NCBI GenBank assembly: GCA_964520955.1
Contig: CAZFPH010000001.1
Location: forward strand, 1 to 39,537
Length of the DNA: 39,537 nt
DNA from: an uncultured Lachnospiraceae bacterium
GTDB taxonomy: Bacteria; Bacillota; Clostridia; Christensenellales; UBA1242
Reading direction: 5' to 3'
Part shown: positions 14,999-22,748 of the stretch, in pieces
How positions within the stretch are numbered: position 1 is the first letter of the stretch
Layout: each line of letters begins with the position of its first letter
The notes under the pieces: generated by a model
The model's input: the letters and a program-made list of their open reading frames with translations, nothing else
Told to the model about the DNA's origin: nothing
Databases searched by the model: none
Program-made: the position numbers and the translations under genes

Positions 14999-16999
14999 AT
15001 GCAAATCAAGATTACTGGTGCTAGCTTTGGGTATAACGGCGAAAACTTGCTCGAAAACTTTTCATTTGAAGTTAACACCCACGACAAAATTGCAATCATT
15101 GGCAGAAATGGTAGTGGAAAAACCACACTCCTCAAGATATTAACAGGCAACATTGAACTTCATCAAGAAGACAATGCACCTGTCGTTTTTTCAAGGACAG
15201 GTAGCCCTACTATTGGCACACTTGCCCAAATGACGTTTGATGATGAAGAAATCACGCTTGAAAACGAGCTTTTGAAGTGTTACAAGCAGATAACAGACAT
15301 TGAAGAAAAACTTTCCACCATTCAGCAAAAACTTGAAAGTGAATACACCGAAAAATTAGTAACCCAGTTTTCTAAGCTTCAGGAAGAATTCGAACGATTA
15401 GATGGCTACACCTATAAAAGCGAGCTCGCAAAAGTTATTTCATCATTCGGTTTTTCTGAAAGCGACAAACATAAGAAGCTATGCGAGTTTTCGGGTGGTC
15501 AAAAAACCAAGATTGCTTTCATCAAACTCATTTTGTCAAAGCCCGACCTTTTGCTACTAGACGAACCAACCAATCACCTCGACATTAACGCAGTAAACTT
15601 CCTCGAAGACTTTATTTCTGAGTATAAAAAAGCGGTTGTAATCGTTTCGCACGACCGAGCATTTCTCGATAACACAATCAACGTAGTATACGAAATCTCA
15701 CACAAAAAGCTCACGAAATATGCTGGCAACTACACAAAGTTTTTAGAGACCAAAGAAGCTAACTACGACAGTCAGCTTAAAATGTATGAAGCACAGCAAC
15801 GAGAAATTGCCGACATAAAAGAATTTATCGAACGCTTTAGGTACAAAGCAACAAAAGCCCCTGCAGTGCAGTCTAGAATAAAATATCTTGAAAAGTTAGA
15901 AATAATTCCGCCACCAGAAAAAAATGATAACCGTGCTTTCAAAAGCAAAATCAAACCAGAAACTGAAAGTGGTATGGAAGTTCTTTCTTGCACAAACCTC
16001 AAAATTGGTTATGACAAAAACTCTCCGCTTGCAAAAATTGATTTCAAACTGCTCCGTGGTGAAAGGCTCGGCATTGTTGGTGGAAATGGACTTGGAAAGT
16101 CTACCCTACTCAAAGTCTTGAATGAAAAAATGTTGCCACTTTCTGGGCACTTTAAGTTCGGATACCACGTGGAAATTGGATATTTTGAACAACTTGCGTC
16201 AAAATCGTCAAGTTCAAAGACCATTTACCAGCATTTTAGCGAAACATTCCCAAAACTTAACGACCGTGAAATCCGCAGTTCGCTGGGAGCGTTCCTATTT
16301 TCTGGAAATGAGGTCAACAAAGCCCTCAATTCCCTTTCAGGCGGCGAATTTGTAAGACTTGAACTATGCAAAATACTCGAAAAGAAACCTAATGTTTTGA
16401 TTCTAGACGAACCAACAAACCACTTAGACATAACAAGCAAAGAAACACTTGAAGGTTTGCTTTTATCATACACTGGCACGATAATTTTTGTTTCGCACGA
16501 CAGGTATTTCACCAACAAAATTGCAACCAAACTTTTGATTTTTGAGCCAAATGAAGTGATATTTTTTGATGGAACGTACAACCATTATTTTCATCCTGAC
16601 ACCGCAAAAGTGCAAGAGGTGACCAAGAAAATCGAAGCCAAACCAAAGAAAGAAAAGATTGAGTACCCAATTGATTATGACGAAATTAAAGAATCCGACC
16701 CTCTCCTCTCTCTTTCTGTCTACGAGCTTGGAAAAGAGCACAACCGCACTGATAGCAAAATCAAAAAGCTGGAAACTAGAAGTCTAGAGGCTGAAGAAAA
16801 ACTCAAAAAACTGAACGAGGATTTTGTTGACCCTGAAATTGCCAGCGACTTTGTGAAACTTATGGAAATTCAAGCGGATATGGAAACAACACAAATTTTA
16901 ATCAACAAAACTGCTGAAGAATGGATGCAAGAAAGCGAAAAACTTTCACTTATTGATTCGCTTATTGAAGAAAAAAAGAAACCTAAGGAGGGAGAATAA
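14999..16999 (+). CDS. ABC-F family ATPase (translation-associated type, no TM domain) with coiled-coil C-terminal extension
   Basis: 666 aa with two ABC cassettes (GRNGSGKTT/LSGGQKTK/LLLLDEPTNHLD and GGNGLGKST/LSGGEFVR/VLILDEPTNHLD). It also has an inter-domain linker and a K/E-rich tail. Confidence 0.9.
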   Translation: MQIKITGASFGYNGENLLENFSFEVNTHDKIAIIGRNGSGKTTLLKILTGNIELHQEDNAPVVFSRTGSPTIGTLAQMTFDDEEITLENELLKCYKQITDIEEKLSTIQQKLESEYTEKLVTQFSKLQEEFERLDGYTYKSELAKVISSFGFSESDKHKKLCEFSGGQKTKIAFIKLILSKPDLLLLDEPTNHLDINAVNFLEDFISEYKKAVVIVSHDRAFLDNTINVVYEISHKKLTKYAGNYTKFLETKEANYDSQLKMYEAQQREIADIKEFIERFRYKATKAPAVQSRIKYLEKLEIIPPPEKNDNRAFKSKIKPETESGMEVLSCTNLKIGYDKNSPLAKIDFKLLRGERLGIVGGNGLGKSTLLKVLNEKMLPLSGHFKFGYHVEIGYFEQLASKSSSSKTIYQHFSETFPKLNDREIRSSLGAFLFSGNEVNKALNSLSGGEFVRLELCKILEKKPNVLILDEPTNHLDITSKETLEGLLLSYTGTIIFVSHDRYFTNKIATKLLIFEPNEVIFFDGTYNHYFHPDTAKVQEVTKKIEAKPKKEKIEYPIDYDEIKESDPLLSLSVYELGKEHNRTDSKIKKLETRSLEAEEKLKKLNEDFVDPEIASDFVKLMEIQADMETTQILINKTAEEWMQESEKLSLIDSLIEEKKKPKEGE

Positions 17000-17358
17000 T
17001 GGAAAACGAAATTCAAAACACTAAAGATTTTTGGGCGATTATTGATGATATGGTTGCTAGCCACAAAATAATAATCGACAGACCAAAGGGCACGCCTCAC
17101 CCAAAGTGGCAAAACTGGATTTATGAAGCAAACTATGGCTACCTTGAGGGCACATCTTCCGACGACGGCGACGGCATTGACGTTTGGGTAGGAACTGACG
17201 AAAACCAAACTGCAAACGCAATAATCGTTATCGTTGACACATTTTCAAACGATAGCGAAATCAAAATCCTCATTGGTTGCACCGAAGAAGAAACCAATAA
17301 CATCTACGCAAGGCACAACAAACACGACTCAATGAAAGGTTTGCTTATTAGAAGATAA
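16999..17358 (+). CDS. small inorganic-pyrophosphatase-like protein (119 aa)
   Basis: DRPKGTPHPK...YEANYGYLEGTSSDDGDGIDVWVG resembles family-I PPase motifs (E-x-PKGS, YP-x-NYGFIP-x-T-x3-DGDP-x-DVLV). The start overlaps the ABC-F stop (TAATG), with an AAGGAGGGAG RBS. Confidence 0.55.
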   Translation: MENEIQNTKDFWAIIDDMVASHKIIIDRPKGTPHPKWQNWIYEANYGYLEGTSSDDGDGIDVWVGTDENQTANAIIVIVDTFSNDSEIKILIGCTEEETNNIYARHNKHDSMKGLLIRR

Positions 17359-17381
17359 AAAGACCGATAATGGTCTTTTTA
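17357..17381. terminator. bidirectional terminator between the PPase-like gene and the minus-strand XRE gene
   Basis: AAAAGACC-gataat-GGTCTTTT. Confidence 0.7.
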
Positions 17382-17615
17382 TAATGTGTAAAACTTAGGA
17401 ATCTCTATTTCTTCTTTAATAATTAACTCAGAAATATCAATTTGAAAATACTCAGAAATTCGACAAAGAGTATTGTATAAAAAATCTTTTCTATCCTGCA
17501 TTATTTTTCGTATTTCTTTTTTACTTACACCACATCTTTTAGCCAACTCTTCAATTGTTAATTTATATTCTTTCATAAGATTTTTTATTTTTCTTGTATT
17601 TATATCTCTATCCAT
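17379..17615 (-). CDS. XRE-family helix-turn-helix regulator (78 aa)
   Basis: Internal Met of ORF 17379..17822: MDRDINTRKIKNLMKEYKLTIEELAKRCGVSKKEIRKIMQ... This is an HTH_3-like pattern. The longer N-terminal extension is low-complexity and overlaps the partner gene. Confidence 0.7.
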   Translation of the reverse strand: MDRDINTRKIKNLMKEYKLTIEELAKRCGVSKKEIRKIMQDRKDFLYNTLCRISEYFQIDISELIIKEEIEIPKFYTL

Positions 17616-17638
17616 ACTTACCCCTATATTAAAAATAC

Positions 17639-17681
17639 ACTGCGTTTTCGCAATAGTCAACATTTTTACTGCGTTTTCGCA
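17639..17681. promoter_or_regulatory. two direct 14-bp operator-like boxes (ACTGCGTTTTCGCA) in the divergent XRE intergenic region
   Basis: Identical copies at 17639-17652 and 17668-17681. Each contains the dyad TGCG-N4-CGCA. Box 1 sits beside a minus-strand TTGACT at 17655-17660. Confidence 0.6.
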
Positions 17682-17703
17682 TAAACTATACATAGGTGAA
17701 CTT

Positions 17704-17907
17704 ATGTTAGTATTTGGCGAAAGATTAAGAGAACTTAGAACAGAACACAAATTATCTGCAAAGAGTTTGGGACTGAAAATTGGCGTTAGTGATTCCACTA
17801 TTATTAGATGGGAAAACGACACAATGCTCCCAACAATTGATAATCTTTATAATCTTTGCAAATTTTTCGGCGTTTCAGCCGATTACCTTATTGGTCTTGA
17901 AAACTAA
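17704..17907 (+). CDS. XRE-family helix-turn-helix regulator (67 aa)
   Basis: Internal Met of ORF 17473..17907 with an AGGTGA RBS: MLVFGERLRELRTEHKLSAKSLGLKIGVSDSTIIRWENDTMLPTIDNLYNLCKFFGVSADYLIGLEN. Confidence 0.8.
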   Translation: MLVFGERLRELRTEHKLSAKSLGLKIGVSDSTIIRWENDTMLPTIDNLYNLCKFFGVSADYLIGLEN

Positions 17908-17930
17908 ACCAGCACCTTGCTGGTTTTTAT
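17908..17930 (+). terminator. rho-independent terminator of the plus-strand XRE gene
   Basis: ACCAGC-acctt-GCTGGT followed by TTTTTATTTT. Confidence 0.75.
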
Positions 17931-18090
17931 TTTGCAAATTTTACATTGTGTCTTTTAATCTTTTTAACTACATTTCATAATTTTTAGCATTTATCTTTAA
18001 TGTTGATTTTCTCTGCCACCATTTTCACTATCTCATTAACTCTACATTCTTTTCACAGAAACCCATAATTTATTAAAATATTTAACTACA

Positions 18091-18126
18091 AAAAAGAACT
18101 TTACCTTAAAATGATAAAGTTCTTTT
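18091..18126 (-). terminator. terminator of the MATE-fusion gene (palindromic, could act in both directions)
   Basis: AAGAACTTTA-ccttaaaatga-TAAAGTTCTT flanked by an A-run and a T-run. Confidence 0.7.
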
Positions 18127-18130
18127 CGTT

Positions 18131-20086
18131 TTATTTTCTATTACTGAGATAATTGTAAATTAAATTAACTGTTTCTTCCACACCAATACTTGAATTTATG
18201 CACAAATCATAGTTTTCTTTTGCACCCCAAGCTTGACCAGTTGTTTCATTATAAAATCTTGCTCTATTTTTGTCAGACTTCAGTATGTTTTCATATGCTG
18301 TATTTTTAGCATCTTTATAATTATTCATAATTCTTTGTTGTTTATATTCCATATCTGCATAAATGAAAATTTTATAAGGATTATGTTCTTTTAAAATATA
18401 ATCAGCACATCTTCCAACAATAATGCAAGAACCTTTCTTTGCAATAGCCTCAAGCACATTGTTTTGAGCTTCTCTTGCAATGGCTGTTGGAGTTTTTGTT
18501 AAATATAATTCGTATATTGGTTGAGAAACGTTACTTTCTAACCTGTTTATGTAATCAACTGCTAAACCTGTATCTTTTGCAACCATTGATGTAAGCTCTT
18601 TATCGTAGCAAGGAATATTCAATTTTTTTGCAAGTTCAAAAGCTATTTGTCTACCACCAGCTCCGTGTTCTCTTGAAATAGTTATAATTAAACCAGGCTT
18701 TGATTTTTCAATCTTTACTGATTTTTCCATTGTTTCTGGTTTTTCAGATAATTTGGTAAACTCTTTGAAAACTAAAACCAAAAATACTATTGCTAATATT
18801 GTTGTTAAAATATCGCTTATTGGAGCTGACCATAAGAAAGCATCAACACCAAAGTTATATAGTATGAATGTTATAGGAACTAGAAAAATCAAATCTCTGC
18901 ACATAGCTACAAGTGTTGATTTTACAGGTTTTTCAATAGATTGGAAGAATATTGCTGTTGCCTTTGTAAAGCAAGTAAGTAATATCATATTCATATAAAT
19001 TCTAAAGCATTTCACACCAAATTCAGACACTTGTGAATAACCGAACAGTGCAAATATTTGCTTTGGTAAGAACAAAAACAACCCAGTTGCTACAAGTCCA
19101 ACAATTAAAGATGTTGTCATAACGAGTTTAAATGTTTGTTTAACTCTATCAAATCTTCTTGCTCCATAGTTGTAACCAATAATAGGTTGACCACCACACG
19201 CTATACCAACTATTATACTAACTACAATTCCAAAAACTTTAAATGCAATTGTTAGCATTCCTATTGCACTATTATCTGTTGGCAACAAACCCAAAATCAA
19301 GTTATTGTTAATAACTGAAATAATAACAATAGAAATTTGCGTTAAGAAACTAGAAATTCCAAGCTTAGCAACGCTTCCAAGTATTTTAAAGTTAGGGATA
19401 AAGTCAGATAATTTCAACTTAAAAGTTTTCGCCCTAAACAAGTAAACCGCACTCAATACAAAAGTAACAACTTGTCCTACAAAGGTTGCAAGTGCCGCAC
19501 CTTGCATTCCCATATCAAAACCAAATAAAAATACCGGGTCTAAAATAATGTTTGTGATAGCACCCGCTAGCATAGCAAACATTGCATATTTAGGGCTACC
19601 ATCTGCTCTTATGATTGGATTGATAATTGTTCCAACAATGAAAAATGGAAAACCAATTATTATAAATGTAGAGTATTCTAATGCAAATGGCATAATAACT
19701 CTATTTGCTCCAAAACCTGATAATATTGGTTTAGCAAATATAAGTCCAATAGCCATCATTATTAAACTGATAATTAAACCAAACGAAAGGTTTGATGCAA
19801 CAGTTTTGCTATTATACTTATTATTATTTTGTCCTTGATTGATACTTAATTTTGCAGCAACACCATCACCAATTAAAAGTCCTATTGCCAGTGCAATAAC
19901 TGTCAAGGGGTAAACAATGCCTGTTGCTGTGTTTCCAAGTTCGCCAAGTCCTTTTGTAAATCCAATAAAGATTTGGTCAACAATATTATAAAGTGCTTGA
20001 ACCACTAGTGAAATAACACAAGGGATTGCAAACATTCTAAGCAGTTTTCCAACCTTAACTTCTTCTAAAAATTTATTATTGTTCAT
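18131..20086 (-). CDS. fusion protein: MATE-family efflux transporter (res 1 to about 450) + cytidylate-kinase-like (Cytidylate_kin2-type) domain (res about 465-651)
   Basis: 651 aa. The N-terminal part is a 12-TM MATE pattern (LLRMFAIPCVISLVVQALYNIVDQIFIG). The C-terminal part reads LIITISREHGAGGRQIAFELAKKLNIPCYDKEL...IIVGRCADYIL, typical of cytidylate-kinase-like family proteins. Confidence 0.8.
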   Translation of the reverse strand: MNNNKFLEEVKVGKLLRMFAIPCVISLVVQALYNIVDQIFIGFTKGLGELGNTATGIVYPLTVIALAIGLLIGDGVAAKLSINQGQNNNKYNSKTVASNLSFGLIISLIMMAIGLIFAKPILSGFGANRVIMPFALEYSTFIIIGFPFFIVGTIINPIIRADGSPKYAMFAMLAGAITNIILDPVFLFGFDMGMQGAALATFVGQVVTFVLSAVYLFRAKTFKLKLSDFIPNFKILGSVAKLGISSFLTQISIVIISVINNNLILGLLPTDNSAIGMLTIAFKVFGIVVSIIVGIACGGQPIIGYNYGARRFDRVKQTFKLVMTTSLIVGLVATGLFLFLPKQIFALFGYSQVSEFGVKCFRIYMNMILLTCFTKATAIFFQSIEKPVKSTLVAMCRDLIFLVPITFILYNFGVDAFLWSAPISDILTTILAIVFLVLVFKEFTKLSEKPETMEKSVKIEKSKPGLIITISREHGAGGRQIAFELAKKLNIPCYDKELTSMVAKDTGLAVDYINRLESNVSQPIYELYLTKTPTAIAREAQNNVLEAIAKKGSCIIVGRCADYILKEHNPYKIFIYADMEYKQQRIMNNYKDAKNTAYENILKSDKNRARFYNETTGQAWGAKENYDLCINSSIGVEETVNLIYNYLSNRK

Positions 20087-20246
20087 AATTTCTCCTTTTA
20101 GTCTTTTTATGGACTCTTTATGAAGAAAAGGTGCTCTGAAAACTTATATAAACATAAAAACAGCGTAAAATCCCTTTCTCGAAATTTTACGCTATAACGC
20201 TGTTCGATACGTTAAGTATCCTAACACAAAAAATCAAAAAAGTCAA
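20087..20246 (-). promoter_or_regulatory. promoter plus about 125-nt 5' leader containing an intrinsic terminator (candidate attenuator/riboswitch) upstream of the MATE-fusion gene
   Basis: Minus strand TTGACT (20241-20246), 17 nt, TAGGAT (20218-20223). Terminator AGCGUAAAAU-uucgagaaaggg-AUUUUACGCU plus UUUUUAU lies at 20154-20195. An upstream ACAGCGU (20197-20203) competes for the same 3' arm. Confidence 0.45.
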
Positions 20247-20332
20247 ATTTAAAAATTTTTTAATTCTATATTTAATATAAATAGTTTTTAGTTTAGGTAA
20301 TGTTTTTTGTACAATTTTTATGAGGTTTGAGT

Positions 20333-20362
20333 TTGACTACTAGCCTTGATATTTATTACAAT
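20333..20362 (+). promoter_or_regulatory. sigma-A-like promoter for thyX-folD
   Basis: TTGACT (20333-20338), 18-nt spacer, TACAAT (20357-20362). Confidence 0.5.
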
Positions 20363-20393
20363 AGTAATGATATAAAACATAAGGAGCATACAA

Positions 20394-21734
20394 ATGAAAT
20401 TTAATGAAACAGGTGCATTTATTTTAAGCGAAACCAAAGACGGTGCAAGAATTGTATCTTGCGGTGGAAGAATTTCAACAAGACCAGGCAGTGCTGTTGA
20501 ACTTTACAAAAAAGCAACCGACAAAGAAAAGAATCTTAACCTTATTTCAAAGGTGGTGGCTTCTGGTCACAAAACCGTTCTTGAGCATCATTACTTTAAC
20601 ATTGCGTTCAACAATGTTAGTATTTTTATTGAACAATACTTAATTGAGTTTAGAGTGGCTTCATACACAATCAAGTCAGGCAGATACGTAAACTTTTCTA
20701 ACGCAGGTTTCAATCTTCCAAAAGACTTTAACGACGAACAACAAAAACTTCTCAAAACTCATTACAAAAAGATGTTTAAGCTATACGACAAATTTGTTCA
20801 AGCAGGCATACCTGTTGAAGATGCAAGATTTGTTTTGCCTTATGGTTTAAAGACCAATATTTATATGTCTTGCAACGCTCGTGAACTTATTCACGTAATC
20901 TGCTCAATGATTTACGGCAGAGGCAAGCATTACAGCGAAATCTATGCTCTTGGTATGCAACTAAAAGAACAATTTGACGCAAGATACCCTGGAATGATTG
21001 AGCTGAATGAAAAACTTTACACCGCCGACCTATCAAAGGCAATCACACCAGTGTCAAAAACTGCTGGCAAGCCTGAGTTTGTTAGGCACACCGCAGAGCT
21101 TCTTTCATACACCGCTAATGGTGGCGAAGCTATTGACGAATTTGCAAAATGGTGCGGTTACGACAAGTTTGATTTTGAGACCGCTTTAAAAGACGACAAG
21201 CTTGCAAAAATGCTCGAGCACTTTAACTATACCTTCAAAGTTGAAAACTTTGCACTCATTATTTTGAAACACTACACAAGGCATCGTATGCAGGCTCTTT
21301 CAACTGCTCCTATCTTTGAAATGGCAAACAGCAACAAGTTTGTTATTCCTGAATCAATAGAAGCAAACGCAGAACTCAAGGCAGACTTTGAAAAGGCAAT
21401 CAAAGACAACCGCAAAGTTTATAACAAGCTTGTGGAAATGGGAGTTAGTCCATACCTTATGATTTATGCAACACCTCACGGCACTGCAATCAATTTTGTA
21501 ACAACCGTTAACGCTCGTGAAATGCTTCACCTTTGCAACCTCAGAACCTGCAATCGTGCTCAATGGGAAATCAGATACCTTGTGACAAGTATGCTCCGTG
21601 AAGTTAAAAAAGCTGACCCAAAAATGTTTGAAAAATTTGGTCCTAGCTGTTTCACTTATGGCGTGTGCCCTGAGGGCAGGCTATGCTGTGGAAAACAAAA
21701 AGAAATGAAAGAAAAATTTGAAAATATGGAGTAA
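20394..21734 (+). CDS. thyX: FAD-dependent thymidylate synthase ThyX, double-length (tandem ThyX-like halves)
   Basis: 446 aa. N half: GHKTVLEHH ... EFRVASYTIKSGRY. C half: HYTRHRMQAL ... NAREMLHLCNLRTCNRAQWEIR. Confidence 0.8.
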   Translation: MKFNETGAFILSETKDGARIVSCGGRISTRPGSAVELYKKATDKEKNLNLISKVVASGHKTVLEHHYFNIAFNNVSIFIEQYLIEFRVASYTIKSGRYVNFSNAGFNLPKDFNDEQQKLLKTHYKKMFKLYDKFVQAGIPVEDARFVLPYGLKTNIYMSCNARELIHVICSMIYGRGKHYSEIYALGMQLKEQFDARYPGMIELNEKLYTADLSKAITPVSKTAGKPEFVRHTAELLSYTANGGEAIDEFAKWCGYDKFDFETALKDDKLAKMLEHFNYTFKVENFALIILKHYTRHRMQALSTAPIFEMANSNKFVIPESIEANAELKADFEKAIKDNRKVYNKLVEMGVSPYLMIYATPHGTAINFVTTVNAREMLHLCNLRTCNRAQWEIRYLVTSMLREVKKADPKMFEKFGPSCFTYGVCPEGRLCCGKQKEMKEKFENME

Positions 21735-21736
21735 TT

Positions 21737-22564
21737 ATGGAAAACATAATCCTTGATGGCAAACAGACTTCAAAAGATATTATTGAAGCATTAAAAGAAA
21801 AATTTGAAAAAGAACCAACCGACAAAAAACTAGCTATCGTATCCGTTGGCGACGACTACGGCTCAGCAGTTTATTGCAATATGAAAAAGAAAAAAGCCGA
21901 ATACATTGGTATAGGCTGTGAAGTCTTCCACTTTGAAAACGATGTAACACAAGAAGAAGTTGAAAATAAAATTAAAGAACTTGCAGAAGATGATAGTTTT
22001 GCTGGAATTATGGTTCAGCACCCTCTTCCAAAAAATATCGACGAGCAAAAATGTTTCAACCTTATCCCTGCTTCAAAAGATGTAGACGGACTTTCTGCTG
22101 AAAGTTTTGGACTTATTGCTCAAGGCAGACAAATGTTTGCTCCAGCAACTGCACTTGGCATTATGAAGTTCTTTGAGGCTTACAACATTAACCTTGTTGG
22201 CGAAGAAGTTTTAATGATTGGAAAGAGCCAAATTGTTGGTTTGCCACTTTCTGTTATGCTTATGAAAGCAGGTGCAACTGTGACCGTTGCCCACTCAAGA
22301 ACAAGAAACCTATCAGATATGGTTAAAAACTTTAAAATCGTTATTGTTGCAATCGGTAAGGCTGAACTTGTGAAAGCTGACTGGTTCACTGAAGGTCAAA
22401 TCATTATCGACGCTGGCTACAACGAGGGCAATGTTGGTGACGTTGACCACCTAGCTTATGAAAAAGCTTCCTATTACACCCCAGTACCAGGTGGCGTTGG
22501 ACCTATGACAATCGCTTCACTTATGAGCCAAACCGCACAGGCTATTGATAATATGAAGAAATAA
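21737..22564 (+). CDS. folD: bifunctional methylenetetrahydrofolate dehydrogenase/methenyl-THF cyclohydrolase
   Basis: 275 aa; YTPVPGGVGPMT signature, GKSQIVGLPLSVML NAD(P)-binding region; 2 nt after the thyX stop. Confidence 0.9.
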   Translation: MENIILDGKQTSKDIIEALKEKFEKEPTDKKLAIVSVGDDYGSAVYCNMKKKKAEYIGIGCEVFHFENDVTQEEVENKIKELAEDDSFAGIMVQHPLPKNIDEQKCFNLIPASKDVDGLSAESFGLIAQGRQMFAPATALGIMKFFEAYNINLVGEEVLMIGKSQIVGLPLSVMLMKAGATVTVAHSRTRNLSDMVKNFKIVIVAIGKAELVKADWFTEGQIIIDAGYNEGNVGDVDHLAYEKASYYTPVPGGVGPMTIASLMSQTAQAIDNMKK

Positions 22565-22720
22565 AAAACGCAAAATGCGTAAAAAATACCTGAAAAATCA
22601 ATTGAAAACACAAAAATAATAAAAAGACCGCTTATCTATAGTGAACCTTCAATATTTTCTAACTTTGAGGCACACTGCAAATTAGTGGTCTTTTCATTTA
22701 CTTAAAATGCCAAAATAAAA

Positions 22721-22748
22721 ACGGCAAATATCGTGCCGTTTATTTTTT
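22721..22748. terminator. bidirectional terminator between convergent folD and gmk-like genes
   Basis: ACGGCA-aatatcg-TGCCGT preceded by AAAAA and followed by TTTATTTTTT. Confidence 0.7.

Noticed and set aside
15772-17208. Minus-strand ORFs overlapping the ABC-F and PPase-like genes (15772-16002, 16009-16224, 16225-16581, 16466-16741, 16870-17208)
   Set aside because: They are antisense to a gene with two complete ABC cassettes, and they have no RBS and no motifs.
17379-17907. The long versions of the two XRE ORFs (147 aa and 144 aa), which would overlap each other across the intergenic region
   Set aside because: The N-terminal extensions are hydrophobic and low-complexity and run antisense through the partner gene and its promoter. 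The internal Met codons give canonical 67-78-aa HTH proteins. The plus gene has an AGGTGA RBS.
22625-22694. Long imperfect hairpin (AGACCGCT ... AGTGGTCT with an inner stem) followed by TTTTCATTT downstream of folD
   Set aside because: It is probably just part of the folD/gmk convergent termination region. The stems are short with a wobble pair and a bulge, which is not enough to call an RNA gene.
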